From NCBI RefSeq assembly GCF_036365525.1, contig NC_090408.1, positions 33,596,269-33,660,268 of the forward strand: a stretch of DNA of 64,000 nt, in the 5' to 3' direction. Position numbers and translations under genes: made by a program. This document shows positions 63,201-64,000 of this stretch, in pieces. Origin of the DNA: Heterodontus francisci (taxonomy: Eukaryota). Each line of letters starts with the position of its first letter. Position 1 is the first letter of the stretch. A model generated the notes under the pieces. That model saw nothing but the letters and a program-made list of their open reading frames with translations. It had not been told where the DNA came from and ran no database searches.

Positions 63201-63534
63201 CAATGCACGACATTGCAGGATCAGACAGCGACACGTGAGCTCTCAGGCCGTTCTGAGGCCCTGGACTGCTTCTGTTTCCAAAGGAGCCACATATGGGATG
63301 CACGACTGCCATCCCTTTTGGCACCACCATGGAGAGATGTAGCAGGAAGGATCTAGTGGGTCGCCTAAGAAAAAATGACTTTAAAATAAACTTTTTATTG
63401 AAGTATTTTATCATTTTGAATATGATAAGGAGGCAAAAGTGGTAATACTGAGTCCGGGCTGACACCCAAGAGGTATCTTCTATTATAAATATAGACATGT
63501 GTCTATAAATGTCAGAAGATTTTCGTTCAACCTA

Positions 63535-63895
63535 ACAACTTGTATTTATATAGCACACTTAACACAGTAAAACATCCAAAGACGTTTCACAGGAGCGTTA
63601 TCAAACAGAGAACGCCAACGAAAAGCTTGGTCAAAGATGTGCATTTTAAGGAGTGTCTTAAAGAAGGAAGAGAGGCAGAGGGGTTTAGACAGGGAATTCC
63701 AGAGCTTGGGGCCTTGGCAACTGAAGGCACAGCCACCAATGGTGGAGCGATTAAAATCCAGGATGCTCAAGAGGCCAGAAGTGGAGGAGTGCAGATACCC
63801 CGGAGGGTTGTAGGGGCGAGGGAGATTAGAGTTAGGGAGGGGTGAGGCCATAGGAGGATCTGAAAACAAGGATGAGAATTTTAAAATCAAGGCAT
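63535..63895 (-). mobile_element. L2-type LINE 3' fragment
   Basis: NRSTIGGCAFSCQGPKLWNSL; same family as 43560. Confidence 0.8.
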
Positions 63896-64000
63896 TTATA
63901 ACTCAATTCACAGGAGTTACTGTTATTAATATTATGTATTTTAAAAAGCAACTACAAAACAGCATAATATTTTTGGATTCTTTGCTACGGTGCAGGTTAT

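Noticed and set aside
62050-63370. Sequence flanking the young CR1 as an upstream POLG exon or novel ORF
   Set aside because: No match to the expected POLG exon 5 peptide. It has only a faint resemblance to a decayed Tx1/L1 3' end, too weak to call.

Overview
This is vertebrate nuclear DNA, most likely from a cartilaginous fish (shark), judging by HE1/V-SINE, DeuSINE and shark-type CR1 repeats. It is not prokaryotic. It holds the 3' parts of two convergent genes. FANCI lies on + with 13 coding exons (2495..30917) ending in a basic NLS. POLG, the mitochondrial DNA polymerase gamma catalytic subunit, lies on - with 18 coding exons (61406 down to 31202) carrying ExoIII and polymerase motifs A/B/C. 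All exons were read by hand with GT-AG borders and consistent phases. The two stop codons are 284 bp apart and the 3' ends probably overlap. Introns are packed with nested transposable elements: CR1/L2/RTE LINE fragments, several SINE families, three solo LTRs of one family, a decayed Harbinger Myb gene with its MITEs, a hAT MITE, and Penelope-like repeats with a minimal hammerhead-ribozyme motif. I found no convincing new protein-coding system. The best leads are the hammerhead-bearing palindrome, a SINE that looks like an internal deletion of a LINE, inverted LTRs around an in-frame POLG exon pair, and a Gly->Asp change at a conserved POLG site. Exon numbers and human comparisons are recalled from memory, not from an alignment.
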